DNA of 63,567 bases, filler included, from Chiloscyllium plagiosum (taxonomy: Eukaryota): NCBI RefSeq assembly GCF_004010195.1. It is 4 parts of one record of this genome, joined end to end, with 100 filler letters (N's around TTAATTAATTAA, not from the genome) between each part and the next. Parts side by side here need not be neighbours in the genome. Positions count along the whole stretch, not along the records: positions 51,052 to 61,486 come from NC_057717.1; positions 61,587 to 63,567 come from NC_057717.1; 2 more parts are not named here. One strand, 5' to 3'. Made by a program: the position numbers and the translations under genes. Below are positions 60,793-63,567 of this stretch, in pieces (within the stretch, counting starts at the first letter, position 1; each line of letters opens with the position of its first letter). The notes under the pieces were generated by a model, which worked only from the letters and a program-made list of their open reading frames with translations, had not been told where the DNA came from and ran no database searches.

Positions 60793-61934
60793 CACTCATG
60801 GCAACCATAAACCATCAGGATTCCTTTTCTTATTTCATTGATAACCTTTGGTAAAGAAACCTAACATTTTTGCCCTGTCTGAATTAAGTATCACCTCAGA
60901 TCCACAACAATGTGGTTGGCTCCATATTGCCTTGACAAATGGCCGCATGGTCAAGGCCAGTTAGGATGGACAACAAATGCTGCCCTTGCCAGTGATGCTG
61001 GCATCCCGCGAAACAACAACATTATAGGTGAAATAACCAAGGAAATGTGGATGCTGGCGATCTGAAATAAAATTCTGCACTGTTTGAAAGAATGTTAGAG
61101 AATCTCAGCAGGTGTGTCAGTCTGTCGGAAGAAACACGAATAACGTTTCGACTTCAGTGAGCCTATCAAAACTGAATGCAACTGAGAAATAATATTATTA
61201 TATCAGGGATGGTTGGAAGGGTGAGCAGAAGGAAACCGGAGCACCCGGAGGAAACTCATGCAGACAAGTATCTAGTTGCCACGTTCCTTATAAAAGGTTC
61301 CAATTTTTTTTCACAGCTGACATCAAGCTATTTAGTTTTCTGTTTTCCCTCTCCATCCTGTTTTAAATATTTAAGTTTACAATAGTTGTTTTCCAGTCTG
61401 CAGCGTCTTTTCCAGAATCTAACTAGCTTTGAAGAATAATCAGTAATTATTTCATTAGCTCTGTTCTCATCTCAATCACTCTGAGANNNNNNNNNNNNNN
61501 NNNNNNNNNNNNNNNNNNNNNNNNNNNNNNTTAATTAATTAANNNNNNNNNNNNNNNNNNNNNNNNNNNNNNNNNNNNNNNNNNNNTGCTGGACGGGTTC
61601 ATAAACACATTTCCAAAGAACTTATGTGATGAACAGAAACTTTAAGAAGTGAGAAGAGCAGCAGAGATGACCGAGAAATGTACATTGATGCATGACGTGA
61701 AATTTAGTTTTTGACACGAATTTCATCCCAGTGAGGGATAAAAATTGGAAGCAGGCCACATCCTTCACTATAAAACAAAGATTTGAGCACACTTAGAATA
61801 GTTCTCCATTGGTGATAAAAAGAATTCCAAGAAAATGAAAGACCTTAGATGTTTCCACAGTGGTAAGATGGGACACATAAAGTCATAGTGGTGGTCATGG
61901 AAGAATGACATTGTGGGAAAAGATGTGGGAAAAG

Positions 61935-63567
61935 AGGCTAACCCCTCATTTCCACAGAAGCATATCTGACCTCAACTCTAATCAACCTCTCTTTAAAAGC
62001 TTCCCACGTACCAAATGTGGATTTACCTTCAAACAACTGCTCCCAATCTATATTCCTCAACTTCTGCTGAATTTTGGTATAGTTGGCCTTCCCCCAATTT
62101 AGCACTCTTCCTTTAGGACAACTCTTGTCTTTGTCCTTGCGTATTCTATAACGTATGGAATTGTGATTAATAGTCCCAAAGTAATCCCCAACTGAAACTT
62201 CAACCACCTGGCCAGGCCCATTCCCCAGCATCAGGACAAAAATGGCCCTTTCCTGAGTTGGACTGTTTCCACACTGCTCAAAAAACCCTCCTGGCTGCTC
62301 CTTACAAATTCTGCTCCATCCAGTCCTCTAATATTAAGTGAATTCTAGTCAATGTTGCGAAAATAAAATCGCCTCACACCACCATCCATGTTGCTCCCAC
62401 ATCCTTCCATGATCTGTTTACATATTTGTACTTTCATCTCACGCTCACTGTTCAGAGGCCCCAACATTGTTACTGCACCCTTCCTATTTCTGAGCTCTAC
62501 CCTTATTGCCTTACTGTTTGAGTCCTCCATAGTGCCCTCCTTCAGCACAGTTGTGGTATTCTCTTTGACCAGTAATGCAACTCCTTTACCCCTTTTACCC
62601 CCGGTTTATCCCACCTGAAGCATTGATATCCTGGGATATTTACTTGCCAATCATGCCCTTCCCTCAACCAAGTATCAGTAATAGCAATAATATCAACTCC
62701 AAGGTACTAATCCAAGCCCTGTGCTTATCTGCACATACTACACTTCTTGCATTACAACAAATGCACCTCAGATAACCTGTCCCTTTGTGTTCATCATCTA
62801 CTCCCTGCTGACTCTTCCCCTTACTCACGCAGACTTCATTATCTATTTCCTTACAGGCTGCAGTTGCTATTTCCTTAATATCGACTAACCTCCTCATTTG
62901 GTTCCCATCCCTCTACAACATTAGTTTAAACCCTCTGAAGCAGCATTAGCAAAAGTTCCCCGAAGGACATTGTTTCCATTCCAACTCAGGTGTAGGCTGT
63001 CCAATTTGTAATAGTCCCACCTCCCAGATAACCAGTCCCAATGTCCCAAAAATCAGAACTCCTTCCTCCTGCACCATCTCTCAAGCAATTCTATTCTTTC
63101 ATTTCTACTCTGATTAGCACGTGGCATTAGTAGCAATCCTAAGATTACAACCTCTGAGGTCCTACTTCTTAACTAGACTCCGAACTCCCTAAATTCTGTT
63201 TGTAGGAGCTCATCCTGATTTTTTAAACCTATATCATTGGTGCCTTATTGCATCATGAAAACTGGATATTCACCCTTCCCCTTCAGAATGTTCTGCAGTC
63301 GATCCGAGGCATTACTGTCCCTTGCACCTGGAAGGCAACATACCATTTTGGAGTCTTGACTTCGAACAGAAAAATGCTTATCTACTCCTTTTACAATTGA
63401 ATCCCCTATGACTTAGCCCTTCCAGTATTTTTCCCGCCCTTCTGAACAGCAGGGCCAACCACGGTGCTTTTAACGGGGCTACTGCTGTCTTCTCCTGGTG
63501 AGCCATCTCTCCAAACAGGATCCAAAACAGTATACCTGCTAAGGAGGGAGGTGACCGCAGGGGACAC
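61935..63567 (-). mobile_element. CR1 ORF1 plus endonuclease region, running off the window end
   Basis: LRCICCNARSV, VELRNRKGAVTMLG, VGDYFGTINHNSI...VLNWGKANY. Confidence 0.85.

Overview
Repeat-dense vertebrate DNA, most likely from a shark or other cartilaginous fish (inferred from HE1-type tRNA SINEs, CR1/HER1-type LINEs, Penelope elements and a GPR139-like exon). No intact multi-exon host gene is visible, and most ORFs in the track are retroelement fragments or their antisense frames. Main contents: (1) many decayed CR1 LINEs, SINEs and Penelope pieces, several with minimal hammerhead-ribozyme motifs; (2) two paralogous first exons of a GPR139/GPR142-like GPCR with 42-nt ATG-bearing repeats, one intact (16407-16581) and one pseudogenised (21691-21935), with no exon 2 found; (3) a defective HERV-I/HERV-IP-like provirus (31548-37973) with a tRNA-Pro PBS, an amber read-through signal, deletions in pol and env, and two non-matching LTRs; (4) an old tandem array (about 37980-44950) whose units each carry a roughly 78-nt phase-2 exon-like cassette encoding a 26-aa LRR-like repeat, including an inverted arm; (5) a decayed mixed tRNA cluster at 45756-50804 (Arg-TCT with intron, Asp x2, His, Ile-TAT with intron, iMet); (6) old direct and inverted segmental duplications. 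Three 100-bp gaps with a TTAATTAATTAA spacer and one 380-N gap limit claims about contiguity. All alignments were made by eye, and the boundaries of old repeats are approximate.
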